IMG/VR virus record: IMGVR_UViG_3300033153_007754
Coordinates: 89,501 to 153,500 of that record
From: a virus
Strand: one strand, 5' to 3'
Length of the DNA: 64,000 nucleotides
Shown piece by piece: positions 19,427 to 30,426 of this stretch. Under the pieces are notes generated by a model. It saw nothing but the letters and a program-made list of their open reading frames with translations. It did no database searches and was not told where the DNA came from. Position 1 is the stretch's first letter. Each line of letters begins with the position of its first letter. The position numbers and the translations under genes were made by a program.

Positions 19427-19486
19427 ACTTCACTCCCTTAAAAACATATAAACAGTATATAAGACAATTTCCAATATGTCAAGTTA

Positions 19487-19696
19487 TTAATAAGTTTTCC
19501 CATAAATAAAACGACCAAACACCTTTAAGAAAATACCCACTACCATATCAAATAAAAATAAACCGATATAAAGCACAACAAAGGCAATTATAATTGCAAA
19601 AGTTCCAGCCCAACCTAATTGTGAAGCACCTACAATTTTAAGTACAATCATAAATATTTGTATTAAAAATAATAATTCAATCAATTTTTCCTCCAT
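19487..19696 (-). CDS. Small two-TM membrane protein
   Basis: LLFLIQIFMIVLKIVG...WAGTFAIIIAF. Confidence 0.55.
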   Translation of the reverse strand: MEEKLIELLFLIQIFMIVLKIVGASQLGWAGTFAIIIAFVVLYIGLFLFDMVVGIFLKVFGRFIYGKTY

Positions 19697-20241
19697 ATTT
19701 CGTTAATTAACATATAAATAGTATTTTCTTGTTGTGTAGTAAAAGAAGCTTTAGTATTAATAAATCTTTCAGCCCAAATACATGGTGACTTATTAAATTC
19801 TTGTGATAGTGCACACCAATCACAAACCATTTCTGCCATTGATGGGTAATCCATTGTTGTTGCATCCACAATATTACCAGAACCCAATTCACCAATATTA
19901 AAATTTTTATCCCAAAACAGTGGATTATGTTTGTTGGTTGTCATATGATGGAATCTAGCTTGTTTGAATTCTTCCTTTATTTTATCATTAACAACATAAT
20001 CCACTGTTTCATTTAATCTTTTTGATTCATGCAAATCTGTTAATAAAATATAAGGTTCAAGCTCAATTTTAGAAAACTTACTTCCATCATGTTTTTTAAT
20101 TTCTTTAAATTCATCAGGTGTTATTAACCCTAAGTCAACCATTTTTTTAGCAAAATGTACAACTAATGCAATGTGTATAGCTGTACGTTTTACGAAATAT
20201 TCCATCATTTCACGTGTTGTATGCTTACTACATTCCATCAC
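19681..20241 (-). CDS. DUF5662-like HD-type metal-binding protein
   Basis: HIALV, HDGSKF, HHMTTNKH, EMVCDW. Confidence 0.65.
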   Translation of the reverse strand: MMECSKHTTREMMEYFVKRTAIHIALVVHFAKKMVDLGLITPDEFKEIKKHDGSKFSKIELEPYILLTDLHESKRLNETVDYVVNDKIKEEFKQARFHHMTTNKHNPLFWDKNFNIGELGSGNIVDATTMDYPSMAEMVCDWCALSQEFNKSPCIWAERFINTKASFTTQQENTIYMLINEIWRKN

Positions 20242-20702
20242 ACCACCTCATTTAATATTTCAAGTATCTTTTCTTCATTATTAAAATCAAATAAATTCGG
20301 ATTAACATAAAAATTATTAGTAAAACAATTAATGTATTTACCACACTTTAATATTTCACCATCAAAACTTTTTAGTCTTAACTTATCTTCATGTTTTACA
20401 AGCATAAATTTTGTCTTAAATACTTGTTGTCTTAATTTATTTAATTCATTTACCATTTTTTTTGTTAATTTATCAGGTTTTACAGCACTATATACATCTA
20501 ATAAGGTTAGTTTTTTTACGCTTAATATATTATCTTTATCAATAAATATTTTATCACCATCTTCAACATCAATACGTTTGGCTTCTTGTATTAATTTTAT
20601 TTTTTTTCCATTTATTTTAACACCTTTTTCTGTCAATACTTTATTTATAGCATCACCATAAACACATGTTAAATAACCATATAAATTAATCACAGTATTC
20701 AC
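20238..20702 (-). CDS. Hypothetical protein
   Basis: ORF overlapping its neighbours. Confidence 0.55.
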   Translation of the reverse strand: MNTVINLYGYLTCVYGDAINKVLTEKGVKINGKKIKLIQEAKRIDVEDGDKIFIDKDNILSVKKLTLLDVYSAVKPDKLTKKMVNELNKLRQQVFKTKFMLVKHEDKLRLKSFDGEILKCGKYINCFTNNFYVNPNLFDFNNEEKILEILNEVV

Positions 20703-20979
20703 TCCTTTCTTTTGCCATTTTATAAATTTGTTTGATAACTAAAACATTCAATAAATCTATATAGAAATCTGTAAAATTGACAACCTCTTTCACGCTATAA
20801 TCACTTGTCTCATCAAATTTACTTAAATCATTAAAAAACTCTTTGAATTCATCCAAAAGCGTTTCAGAATCAAGCTTGTTTGTAAAATACCCATCAACAC
20901 CACACCCAAGCAGTAGGTTAAACCTTTTTTTTGTATCTTCTATGATTTTTACAAATAACACATATTCCAAATCTTCCAT
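20686..20979 (-). CDS. Hypothetical protein
   Basis: ORF with RBS. Confidence 0.5.
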   Translation of the reverse strand: MEDLEYVLFVKIIEDTKKRFNLLLGCGVDGYFTNKLDSETLLDEFKEFFNDLSKFDETSDYSVKEVVNFTDFYIDLLNVLVIKQIYKMAKERSEYCD

Positions 20980-21053
20980 AATTTCCCCATTATAAAAAAG
21001 GATTGAAAAAATTCAATCAGGTTATTATAAGTTTTTTGTGATATTTAATAAAT

Positions 21054-22166
21054 TTATTTTTTTAGAATGGTTTTGATTTCTAGTGCTATCTTTGCGTTAC
21101 TATGTTTTTGTATATCTTTTATATCAATTTCGTTCCCATCAGCATCAATAACCAAATCACAATTAATTTCATATTTACCATCCAACTCACTAATAAAATC
21201 TTTTGTTGCATCAGAATGTATAATTGTGATAAATTTAGATATTTCCTGATGTGATTTTACACCACCTTCTCTTGATATAATAGAGTTAATTCTGTGTGTT
21301 GTGATATAAGCAGAATAAATAGGGATTAAAGGATTATTGAATTTCACTTTTTTATTACTATTCTTTTTATTAACACCACTTTTATCATTAAATTTAATAG
21401 ATTTCTTTTTAATATAATAAGTGTTTGCACCATTGAATTTTAAATCATATGGCTTAATTACAATACCTTCTATCATATCACTACCATAAAGGCTTTTTGC
21501 GTTCTCAACATCAAATTCAAGGGCTTCTTTTAATGTTTTAACACCATAATCTTTAATATAATATTCAGATAATCCCAATTCATTAAATAATTCTTTAGTT
21601 TTTTTAGGACTTATTAATTCACCATCCAAAAATAAATCATAAAATACTATTTGTTTATGTTTTGAATATCTAATTTCTTTCTGTATACCATCACCAAACA
21701 TTTCACATTCTAATACAATATGTTTGTGTTTATTTTTATAAAAATCTGCAATAGTGTTTATAACATTTTGATAGTCTTTCACTACATTTTTATGTTCAAA
21801 AAAGTTAATGTTTTCACTTAAATACATAGTTCTTTTACCATAATCAACCACCATTTCTTGACCATCAAAAAATATTGATATTGCAAAATGTGTTCCATGA
21901 ATTTTAGATGTTAAAATCCATTCTTGATTGTTATTAGTATTTATTAAAAGTTTATCTAATTTAGTGTTATAATGATTACCAATTGAGCTGTATTTTCTAA
22001 ATGGAATTAATGTCAATTCACCATTTATTTTTTTATGGATAATACCACTCAATAGAATTCCACAATTAGAACATTTTTTATTGGTAATTTTTCTTTTAAA
22101 TTCATTTAAATCACCAATATTTACAATTTTACTTTCACCACAACTACAATTAATTACATAATTCAT
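21054..22166 (-). CDS. RNA ligase, Rnl2 family, with an N-terminal zinc ribbon
   Basis: KIHGTHF (motif I), ECEMFG, FYDL, EGIVIKP, IKKK; N-terminal CSC...CSNC. Confidence 0.85.
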   Translation of the reverse strand: MNYVINCSCGESKIVNIGDLNEFKRKITNKKCSNCGILLSGIIHKKINGELTLIPFRKYSSIGNHYNTKLDKLLINTNNNQEWILTSKIHGTHFAISIFFDGQEMVVDYGKRTMYLSENINFFEHKNVVKDYQNVINTIADFYKNKHKHIVLECEMFGDGIQKEIRYSKHKQIVFYDLFLDGELISPKKTKELFNELGLSEYYIKDYGVKTLKEALEFDVENAKSLYGSDMIEGIVIKPYDLKFNGANTYYIKKKSIKFNDKSGVNKKNSNKKVKFNNPLIPIYSAYITTHRINSIISREGGVKSHQEISKFITIIHSDATKDFISELDGKYEINCDLVIDADGNEIDIKDIQKHSNAKIALEIKTILKK

Positions 22167-22169
22167 AAA

Positions 22170-22230
22170 AACCTCCTGATGGGATAATTCCCATTATAAT
22201 AATATTTTATTATGTATTTTTTGTCAAGTT
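22170..22230 (-). promoter_or_regulatory. PeSL-like cassette 4 (RNA ligase)
   Basis: TTGACA-17 nt-TATTAT, ATGGG-AATTAT-CCCAT, AGGAGG. Confidence 0.7.
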
Positions 22231-22232
22231 TT

Positions 22233-22604
22233 TTAAAATATCAAGAAAAGAATTGATATTGTATTAATGATTATATGAAAAGTGTTGTCTATTATTATCA
22301 TCAACCATGTTGATAAGAAGGGTGGCGTTTTTTCACCATAACCGAAATTAGTTTTACCCCAACTCCAATTAACCAGTTTAATCCAGTAAACCGCAAGCCT
22401 AAACCTATCAATCAAAAAATGTGTGGAAAATATTACAAATAAAGCTAAGGTAAAACCAGTAATAAAATAAAATAATGCAGTATATAAACCAGCATGTAAT
22501 AATGCAATCCATGTTTTTTTTGTTTTATTATTTGCAATCCAACTATTTTGTAACAAATAATCCCCGACCAAATGAAATAATAAACTTAAGGCTATTTTAC
22601 TCAT
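22233..22604 (-). CDS. DUF3307-family membrane protein
   Basis: HLVGDYLLQ, LLHAGLY, THFLIDR, DNTFH. Confidence 0.75.
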   Translation of the reverse strand: MSKIALSLLFHLVGDYLLQNSWIANNKTKKTWIALLHAGLYTALFYFITGFTLALFVIFSTHFLIDRFRLAVYWIKLVNWSWGKTNFGYGEKTPPFLSTWLMIIIDNTFHIIINTISILFLIF

Positions 22605-24097
22605 TTATCACCACCAATTAAGATATTAAAATATGCATCCCAGTCTATAGTATGTTCCAATTCAGCCCCTCCATAAACATTGTTTTTACCAACATAAAAT
22701 TTAAAATTATCACTATCAAAAACAAACCAATTTCCACATAAAGTAAATTTTTTACGTTCTTTACTATTTTCAACTCTCACACCTCTTGTTTCAAAACCTT
22801 TTTTTAATAGATATGCTTCCAAATTTTTAGGCGTAAACAATACTTTTATATATGCTGTTTTAATATTAACTTTAAAACCTTTTTTTAAATTTTCAATCAA
22901 TTTATTAATTTTTTTCATTTTTAAAATACCTCTCAATTAAATTATCAACAGTAATGTTTCTATATCCATCAGCACCCTTCTTTTTTAGGGATACTGCGCC
23001 TGTATTATTCCATGTAAACACCCTTAAATATCTTTTAGTGTCCTTATTCAAGATATCAATAAAACCGCTGCCACTGTCGTATTTCATATAGTAATTACCC
23101 TCGAATCCTCTTAGTTTTTTATACCCAGAATTGATTTTAGTGTTTATGTCTTTTGTTTCAACGCCTTCGACGTCAGTTAAAGCTTGAAAATCAACTCTTG
23201 AATTAATCATAAATATCATTTTATGGTCTCCTGTTACTATTCCATAATGTTCATTTAACAAGTAAGTACAACCCGTTATACCAACTTTGTTTTCATCCTT
23301 AAATAATTCACTAAATTCCATTTCTTCTGTATTGTTTCCTATTATTTTTAATAACCTCATTTTAACCCCTTTGATTTTGTTATCAATCGTTGTGTATATC
23401 TTTTAACATTATCGACTGGAAAATGTTGTTCTAAATGTTCAAAAACATAATTTACGTTTACGTCATTTGTTTTATTTTTATCATTCGGAAACATAAAGGT
23501 AAGAATAAGTACCATCACATCCAGCATTTCCTCCCATAGCATACCAGATTTTTTATTTATATCAAAAATACGATTTATCGTATTCCTTGCATCTTCATAG
23601 TAATTTACAGACACACTTAATTCAATTTTACCATCATTTTTTATAATTACATTATGGATGCCAACATCAGGTATTAATATGTTAACATCTTGTTGTTTTA
23701 CTAAAATTGTATCTGTTAATATTAAATCATCATATTTAATTTTACCAACAATTGAATCAGAATCATCAATCATATCTTTTTGGAAAATAATACCTATATT
23801 CCCCATCATTGCATTAAAATTAACACATTCATCAACAAAATATATATCAGAACCATATTCAAGTGGTACGGGTGAGCCAACATCATCATTAATGTTATGT
23901 AAAATTAACACACTACCTTTATAAATTTCATTATCCGTTATTTGATAAAAGATGTTTTCCGCTGTACATTTCGGACTAATCTCAGACCAAACTTCAAAAA
24001 AATTATCACTTTCTTCGTATTCATCTTTAAAGTTTGTTTTGAACTGTCTTATTACTATCATATTTGATACCTCACAAAAAAAGATATAATAACACAA
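22601..24097 (-). CDS. Three coupled hypothetical genes (22601..22936, 22905..23360, 23357..24097)
   Basis: Overlapping ORFs in the minus-strand operon; no motif recognised. Confidence 0.5.
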
Positions 24098-24101
24098 TAA
24101 T

Positions 24102-24497
24102 TTAATTTAAGAAATATTTAATGAAATCTGTTATTTTAATTAAAACTAAAATGCTAGCATAATTATCACCACCCTTTACAGTTCTGGGTTTTTTCTTTTT
24201 TATATATTCTTTTAATACTTCAACTGGAATCATTAATGAAAATTTGTGTTCACCCTTTTTTGTAAAGTTTTGCACCCAAATTTCTGATTCTGTTGTTATT
24301 ATACCCGAATCTTTACCCCAAGACGAAACCTCTATTACCATATTACCAGATTTAACCCATATATCCTTTTCTGTTTTAACTTCACATTTTGTTACACCAG
24401 AAAATATATTATCTACATATTCTTCCCATTGTCGACCAAAAGCCAAATCGATATCAAATTTCTTTAAAACTTTAATGTCTTTACTATCGTTTAGCAT
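24102..24497 (-). CDS. PD-(D/E)XK nuclease-like phage protein
   Basis: KFDIDLAFG...CEVKTE...GNMVIEV...GKDSGI. Confidence 0.65.
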   Translation of the reverse strand: MLNDSKDIKVLKKFDIDLAFGRQWEEYVDNIFSGVTKCEVKTEKDIWVKSGNMVIEVSSWGKDSGIITTESEIWVQNFTKKGEHKFSLMIPVEVLKEYIKKKKPRTVKGGDNYASILVLIKITDFIKYFLN

Positions 24498-24500
24498 ACC

Positions 24501-24830
24501 CTATACCTCCTCATATGTTTCTAAAATAATACCACTGCTATATCCACCTTTTTTCTTAATTTTATTTGAATATAAATCTAAGACATCTTCGATTACCATT
24601 TCCGGATTTACCAATAAAAATAAACTAATAACATCACATGCAAATGTACTAAAATCTGTTTTTGATGTTAAATCAAGGTGTTTTATGTCATCATTTATTT
24701 TTTTCATTACTTCTTTGTTAATATCCCCTTTAAGTGGTTTAATTGTGCATTTACCACCCTTTTCAACTATCATTTGCGGAACATTGTTTCTAACTAAAAG
24801 ATTATAAACCGCTATTTTATTGTTTTCCAT
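24501..24830 (-). CDS. Hypothetical protein
   Basis: AGGTGG RBS; 109 aa. Confidence 0.5.
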   Translation of the reverse strand: MENNKIAVYNLLVRNNVPQMIVEKGGKCTIKPLKGDINKEVMKKINDDIKHLDLTSKTDFSTFACDVISLFLLVNPEMVIEDVLDLYSNKIKKKGGYSSGIILETYEEV

Positions 24831-24846
24831 TTCACCACCTTAAAAA

Positions 24847-26283
24847 TTATTTTCTAATATACTGATTCATACCACTTAATGTAATTGTTTTTTTAACTTC
24901 TTTTTTGGGTTCAGCACTAATACTATTATCAATACCACCTAATTCATTATCATTTCTATCTAAAGACACTGTTTGTCTTATATAATCCACATGTGGATAA
25001 AAGAGTACTTCATTTTCATGACCCATTCTATTTTTTAATAGTTTCATACCAAGTCTTCTTAGTTTCACTAATTCACCATTTTTAAAGCCACCAATAATAA
25101 CATCTGCATGGTCATTAATTGCTTTGGAATCACCAATTTCATCAAGAGATATGTCAACTGGGTTGGCTCTATTACCGGCTCTTGTTGTTTGTGCACCAGA
25201 AAATATTATTGCATCCCTATCAATTCCAATTCCACGTAATACAGCAGCTATTCCACCAATTCTTTCATATGAATTATCACCGAAAGTTGCTTTCATAATT
25301 CCTAAATAATCTATTGCAATTAAATCAGGCTTAAAACCTTTTTTAACATATAATTGTTCTAAATAAGCTTCTAATTTATATGTTGTTAGGGAAAATGGTG
25401 TAAACTGTCTTAATACTAGTCTTTCATTCGTTTTGTATTGTGTACGTACCCTATCCCTTAAATCCTTGTATGATTGTTTATCCATTTTTTTTATTTCAGC
25501 TTCAGGTACACCACTTAAAGACCAATCAAATCTAGCAGCAATTTTATTAACTGGTATTTCTAAACTAACATATAATACTTTTAATTCAGGATTACTTTTT
25601 AACATTGCAGCAGCTTCAGATATCATAACCATCGTTTTCCCTACATGTGTTCGCATCATAAAAATATTTAATGTTCCCTTTTCGTATCCACCTTGCGTTT
25701 TAGAATTTACCCAATCAATACCAGATGGATATTTATGTCCAGATTGTGTATAATAATCATACATCTCTTCCCAATTTGAATGATATTCAGTACCTAACTC
25801 TAAATTAAAATTAATTTTAGCAACTTCTTTAAATAATTCATTGATTTTAAAAACAGCATCATGAGCATTTTCTAATTTAAAATCAATTTTTTTATACAAC
25901 TTACTTGCTGTTAGCATTGCGTCGTGTGTTGCTGAAACAGTTACAAATTTTTCAATCAAATGCAATACAAACTTTTCAGTTCCACTCAAAATACCTATTC
26001 TTTCATTTTTAATTTGTTCAATTAATTTATCAATATTTGCAACACTAATTGCACCATTATGTATTAATATGTTACTTAATTGTTCAAAATTTGGAAGTGA
26101 TTCATAATCCTTATAAAAGTTATTAATTGCATCCCAAACCAATGATATGTTTTTAGTTTCATTCTTCACATAGCTAAGTTTTACGTTATCATATAACATT
26201 CGATACATTGTTTCACCCTTTTCAGGTGTATCCAATATGTATTTAATCAATTTGCTATAAGATAATACAGAATCTTGTATCAT
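24847..26283 (-). CDS. Replicative DNA helicase (T4 gp41/DnaB family)
   Basis: RTHVGKT Walker A, LYVSLE, IAIDYLGIM, GAQTTR, LLKNRMG. Confidence 0.92.
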   Translation of the reverse strand: MIQDSVLSYSKLIKYILDTPEKGETMYRMLYDNVKLSYVKNETKNISLVWDAINNFYKDYESLPNFEQLSNILIHNGAISVANIDKLIEQIKNERIGILSGTEKFVLHLIEKFVTVSATHDAMLTASKLYKKIDFKLENAHDAVFKINELFKEVAKINFNLELGTEYHSNWEEMYDYYTQSGHKYPSGIDWVNSKTQGGYEKGTLNIFMMRTHVGKTMVMISEAAAMLKSNPELKVLYVSLEIPVNKIAARFDWSLSGVPEAEIKKMDKQSYKDLRDRVRTQYKTNERLVLRQFTPFSLTTYKLEAYLEQLYVKKGFKPDLIAIDYLGIMKATFGDNSYERIGGIAAVLRGIGIDRDAIIFSGAQTTRAGNRANPVDISLDEIGDSKAINDHADVIIGGFKNGELVKLRRLGMKLLKNRMGHENEVLFYPHVDYIRQTVSLDRNDNELGGIDNSISAEPKKEVKKTITLSGMNQYIRK

Positions 26284-26343
26284 TTAACCCACTTTAAAAA
26301 AGTTATAATGATATATATAGCATTTCAATAATATTTAAGAAAG

Positions 26344-26370
26344 AATAAAAAAGGGGGCTTACACCCCCTA
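26344..26370 (-). terminator. Intrinsic terminator after the major capsid gene
   Basis: GGGGGT-GTAA-GCCCCC-TTTTTT on the minus strand. Confidence 0.75.
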
Positions 26371-26398
26371 TATTAAATTATAAATTTAATTGTTTAAC

Positions 26399-27865
26399 TT
26401 AAGACTTTGTAGCCATAAATCCGATATCAGCTAATACCAACTTTCTATAGTAATTTTCAGCACCATAAAGGTCTGTTGCAATACCATATCTACTAGATAA
26501 AAGTTTCTTTCTACGGAAATCATTTTCACCGATTGCAGACTCAACCTCGATTGGACGGTAAGGGCAAAAGATAATTCCGTTATCCCTTTCTGTCATTCCT
26601 TTATAACCAATTAATGCACTTAACGCATCACGTTGATTATCATTAAAAATATTGAATTTTCCACCTAAAGTACCAATAAAACCTTCACCTGTTGGACTAA
26701 CTTGTGCGGCTGGCTTGAAGTTCGGCATTGCTTGTATAAAGGTAGAAAATGTAGAACCACCAACAATCCAATTCGCTTCACCCTTTCTGTTACTTTTATT
26801 TATCATTTTAGCTTGATTCAATAATTCAATCCAAATGGTTTGTAACTTGGTCATTTCAGACACATGATGCGACATTTGTGTATCAACTTGAATTGTGTAA
26901 GTACCATTCAATATAGCTTTGGCTTCAATTTCAGCCAAAATTTCACCATCAGTTTCTCTTGCAAGTAAATAAGCACCATTTGTTAAAATATCATCTTCAA
27001 TATCAAATCCATGTGAGGATAACATATCTTGTCTAGCATACTTAGAAAATTCTGCTGTTAACTCTCTTGCTTTCGCAGTAACAGTTTGTGAAACGGTTTT
27101 AAATCCCATTCTATTTCTTTTTACAACATTATCTTCCCAATATGTTTCACTTTGTGGACCTGTATAATTCTTAAAATAGGTATAAGCGATATCATCATTA
27201 TTTAAACCTAAAGTAAAGGCATAAGTAGTACCACCTTGTGTAATTTCTACATCAGTTACAGAATCATTAATATCAGCTTTTAAAGCGGCCAAAGTTGTTG
27301 ACGCAAAATCTGTTATCTTAAATAATACTCTATTACCTTCAAGATGTACTTTTAAAACCTTAACACCTTCAGAGGCAGTTGTACCACTACTACCATCATC
27401 TGTTGCAATAGTATAAACACTATTCACCAAATCATCAGTACCATCATCACCTTCACTATCCATAACAACAATTAACGAAGTTCCTTGGTCAACAATTTTA
27501 CTATTAGTTCCACCAATATCTGTATCAAGAGAACCTTGAAGGTGGTATCTTAAAGCATATTGTTCACCAGTATTGGCGCTCATTGGAACAACACCAACCA
27601 GTTGTGTACTAAATAATTGAGGAACCATTCTTGTTACAAGTGGTAAAATAATTGGCGAGTGAAGAGCTGTGCTTCCGTGGCCAACAAATGCTTGCGGGTC
27701 TTCTTTCATCATCTGCTTTGTGTTTTCCACAAGAGCGTTTGTAATCCATTGCGTACGTCTATCTGTTATACCATTCTTAGCTAACAAACCGTTTACTCTT
27801 GCTTCGTCAAACTTACCCATTACTGCGAATAATTCATTCTCAGTTAATCTTTTTTTTGTTTGCAT
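26399..27865 (-). CDS. Major capsid protein (T4 gp23-like)
   Basis: PIILPLVTRMVPQL, GVVPM, VTAKAREL, ANWIVG, GYKG...GIIFCPY, SRYGI. Confidence 0.95.
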   Translation of the reverse strand: MQTKKRLTENELFAVMGKFDEARVNGLLAKNGITDRRTQWITNALVENTKQMMKEDPQAFVGHGSTALHSPIILPLVTRMVPQLFSTQLVGVVPMSANTGEQYALRYHLQGSLDTDIGGTNSKIVDQGTSLIVVMDSEGDDGTDDLVNSVYTIATDDGSSGTTASEGVKVLKVHLEGNRVLFKITDFASTTLAALKADINDSVTDVEITQGGTTYAFTLGLNNDDIAYTYFKNYTGPQSETYWEDNVVKRNRMGFKTVSQTVTAKARELTAEFSKYARQDMLSSHGFDIEDDILTNGAYLLARETDGEILAEIEAKAILNGTYTIQVDTQMSHHVSEMTKLQTIWIELLNQAKMINKSNRKGEANWIVGGSTFSTFIQAMPNFKPAAQVSPTGEGFIGTLGGKFNIFNDNQRDALSALIGYKGMTERDNGIIFCPYRPIEVESAIGENDFRRKKLLSSRYGIATDLYGAENYYRKLVLADIGFMATKS

Positions 27866-27905
27866 GTTACACTCCTTTAAAATGTTTTAGCGCATTCTTT
27901 AAATC

Positions 27906-27913
27906 TATTTATA
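27906..27913 (-). promoter_or_regulatory. T4-type late promoter TATAAATA (major capsid)
   Basis: Exact motif about 40 bp upstream of the start, followed by AAGGAG. Confidence 0.65.
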
Positions 27914-27917
27914 TATG

Positions 27918-28988
27918 TTAATACATGTCGTAATAATCATCTAAATAAGCAAGTACATTATCAACCTGTGTGGCTGGAACTAAATCAATTTGATTAGCTT
28001 CACTGGTTAACTCAACTTTACTTGTTTGTTTTGTTTCAGGTACTTCTTCAATTTTCTTTTCTTCCAAATCTTCACACATAAACCCAAAGTCCCACTCATG
28101 TCCATAGTCAACATTTTTACTGTTATCTAAAGAATTTAAATAACTCTCTTTACCATCTTCCATGAAACTATTTTTAACAAGACCAACCTCAGGGTTTAAC
28201 ACGGAATTAATTTCTTCATTAGTGTTTGTATTCATAAATGTTTGGGGTGTAACTAATGGGGCATTTCCTTGTACAACCGCTTCTTTAAATACATCACCAT
28301 TTTCTGGAACACTCCAAAAATCCTGACTAAGCATTTTATTTTCTTTTTTCTTTTCATTGTTTTCTATTGATACATTGCGATTTTTTGTAACCAAACCACC
28401 TTCGATTTTACTTTCTAATTGATTAATTACTTCTTCAACAATTGGTATACTTAAAATGTTTTTTATAGTCTCTTCATCATCAACAAGTTTAGATTTCAGT
28501 GTTTTATACGTAATGATTTTTTCATCATCACCCTTTACTTCACTAATATCTTCATTTAAAAACTTATGGAATAAATCAATACTATCACCTCGTGTGGTTT
28601 CGGGTTTTAATTCTTTAACTTTTTTTATAAATTTAAAATAATTTTCAGAGATACCCTTGACTCCCATTTCTTTCTGTATTTCCTCACCAAAACGTACTTT
28701 ATCCGACATACTACCCCTTTTAGTTCTATCAAGAACTTTTTCATTTTTTTTGATTTTTATACTTTTAACTTTCACATTACCATTTGTTTTAACTGTAACT
28801 GTTGGTTTTGTTGTTATATCATTTTTAACAATATCAGTAACACCCTTAACAGCATCTTTAACTAAATTAGTTCCACCATTATTTTTTTCCGGTTTTCTAA
28901 TCTTCATGCTTAAATCGTTTAGGTTTTTTTCGGATACATTTATATTATATTTTCCGAACAGGTTTTTTATATTTGCTTTTAGACCCAT
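27918..28988 (-). CDS. Putative prohead core/scaffold protein
   Basis: Immediately upstream of the capsid gene; acidic C-terminus; position-based call. Confidence 0.4.
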   Translation of the reverse strand: MGLKANIKNLFGKYNINVSEKNLNDLSMKIRKPEKNNGGTNLVKDAVKGVTDIVKNDITTKPTVTVKTNGNVKVKSIKIKKNEKVLDRTKRGSMSDKVRFGEEIQKEMGVKGISENYFKFIKKVKELKPETTRGDSIDLFHKFLNEDISEVKGDDEKIITYKTLKSKLVDDEETIKNILSIPIVEEVINQLESKIEGGLVTKNRNVSIENNEKKKENKMLSQDFWSVPENGDVFKEAVVQGNAPLVTPQTFMNTNTNEEINSVLNPEVGLVKNSFMEDGKESYLNSLDNSKNVDYGHEWDFGFMCEDLEEKKIEEVPETKQTSKVELTSEANQIDLVPATQVDNVLAYLDDYYDMY

Positions 28989-29052
28989 ATTTGCATCCCT
29001 TTTATAAATATAATTTATTTATGTTTTTTTTTAAAAGTGTTTTTTTTGATAT

Positions 29053-29757
29053 CTATCGATTGTATATTTCTTCTATTTTTTCAGATAAAACACCTGATTT
29101 AAGTTCTTTTTTGTGATTTTCTAATTCATTTAGTTCATTTTCTGAAAAGAATTGCAATTTAAATTCATCATCACTTGTTACTATAAAATCTGATTCAATA
29201 ATACCTTCTTTGATTAATTCAATTAAATCTTTAATACTTGCACCATTATCAAAATTTTCTTTAAATAAATTTAATGAAACATTATCAAATTCTTTTAAAT
29301 CCTTTATTACATTTTCTTGAACTAATGTATTTAAGTCACTTATTTCATTAACCATGTTTTCTGGTAATGTAATCATATTCAGTTCTTTGATGTTTTCACC
29401 TAATTTTCTTTTAGTTATAGCGGCTTTTCTTTTTGCTGAACTTGTTTGTTTAGGCTTTTTTTTATTTTTCATTCTCAAACTTCTTTTTTTATCCGCTGCT
29501 TTTTGTGCCGCTGTTTTCTTTACTTTTCTAACCCGCCCATTTTCATCAACTTCGATTCGATAATTAGGGTCATCGCCTAACTTTTTTTTCATGGCTCTAT
29601 ATTTTAATGCAACTGTTTTACCATGTTTAGCTAATATACTGGCAATACTCTCATTTAAAACATCAAACCCATCCTTTTTACTTTCTTCTAAAACCTCTTT
29701 TTTCTTTTTAATTATACCTAAAATCTTATTAAAACTTTCATTAATATTTTCCCTCAT
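29053..29757 (-). CDS. Prohead core protein, gp68-like
   Basis: Basic KKTAAQKAADKKRSLRMK...KRKAAITKRKLG segment plus LNE/INE motifs. Confidence 0.5.
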   Translation of the reverse strand: MRENINESFNKILGIIKKKKEVLEESKKDGFDVLNESIASILAKHGKTVALKYRAMKKKLGDDPNYRIEVDENGRVRKVKKTAAQKAADKKRSLRMKNKKKPKQTSSAKRKAAITKRKLGENIKELNMITLPENMVNEISDLNTLVQENVIKDLKEFDNVSLNLFKENFDNGASIKDLIELIKEGIIESDFIVTSDDEFKLQFFSENELNELENHKKELKSGVLSEKIEEIYNR

Positions 29758-29768
29758 AGTTCACCTTC

Positions 29769-30425
29769 CTAACGCTTAAAAGGGTTATTGTCATCATTAT
29801 AAAATTCGTTCATATCACTTTCAATATCTGTCAATGTTTCTGTTTCATTAATTGCATTTATATTATCATTTTCAGTTCTAAATTCTGTTTTTTCACCAGA
29901 ATATTTATATTGTTTAGATTTCAGTTTATATAGGTAATTTTTACCACCCGAATAAAAAGAATTATCAACTTCATCATCAACAAATATAATTTTAAAAATC
30001 TTAGTTGATGGTGTATGTATTATTAAATCACCAATTATTGGTCGTCTACCTAATACCCTCTCTATAGTATTAATGTCAATTAAAAATGTAACTTCATCAT
30101 CAATTGTAACACCACCTAAATTAAAAAAATCACCACTCCCATCAAAGCTGTTATTATTTTCCATTAACATTCTAATTTTAAAAACATCTTTATATACTTT
30201 TTTCTTTAATTCACCCAGTACAAAATTTATATCTATATTGTTAATATCTAATTTTATAAACTCAACATCAACACCAAATAATGATATATATTCAGCACTT
30301 TGTATTTCATTTAAATTTTGTAATTCTAATGTATCATTATTAAATTTCATGTAAATATTTGCATTAACATCTTCTATGTTGTTAGCCGTGTTATTACCGT
30401 TTAATAAATCTTCTATAAAAGCCAT
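29769..30425 (-). CDS. Neck/head completion protein (T4 gp14-like)
   Basis: EYISLFGVDVEFI, FDGSGDFF, RPIIGDLI, YKLKSKQYKYSGE. Confidence 0.88.
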   Translation of the reverse strand: MAFIEDLLNGNNTANNIEDVNANIYMKFNNDTLELQNLNEIQSAEYISLFGVDVEFIKLDINNIDINFVLGELKKKVYKDVFKIRMLMENNNSFDGSGDFFNLGGVTIDDEVTFLIDINTIERVLGRRPIIGDLIIHTPSTKIFKIIFVDDEVDNSFYSGGKNYLYKLKSKQYKYSGEKTEFRTENDNINAINETETLTDIESDMNEFYNDDNNPFKR

Positions 30426-30426
30426 T

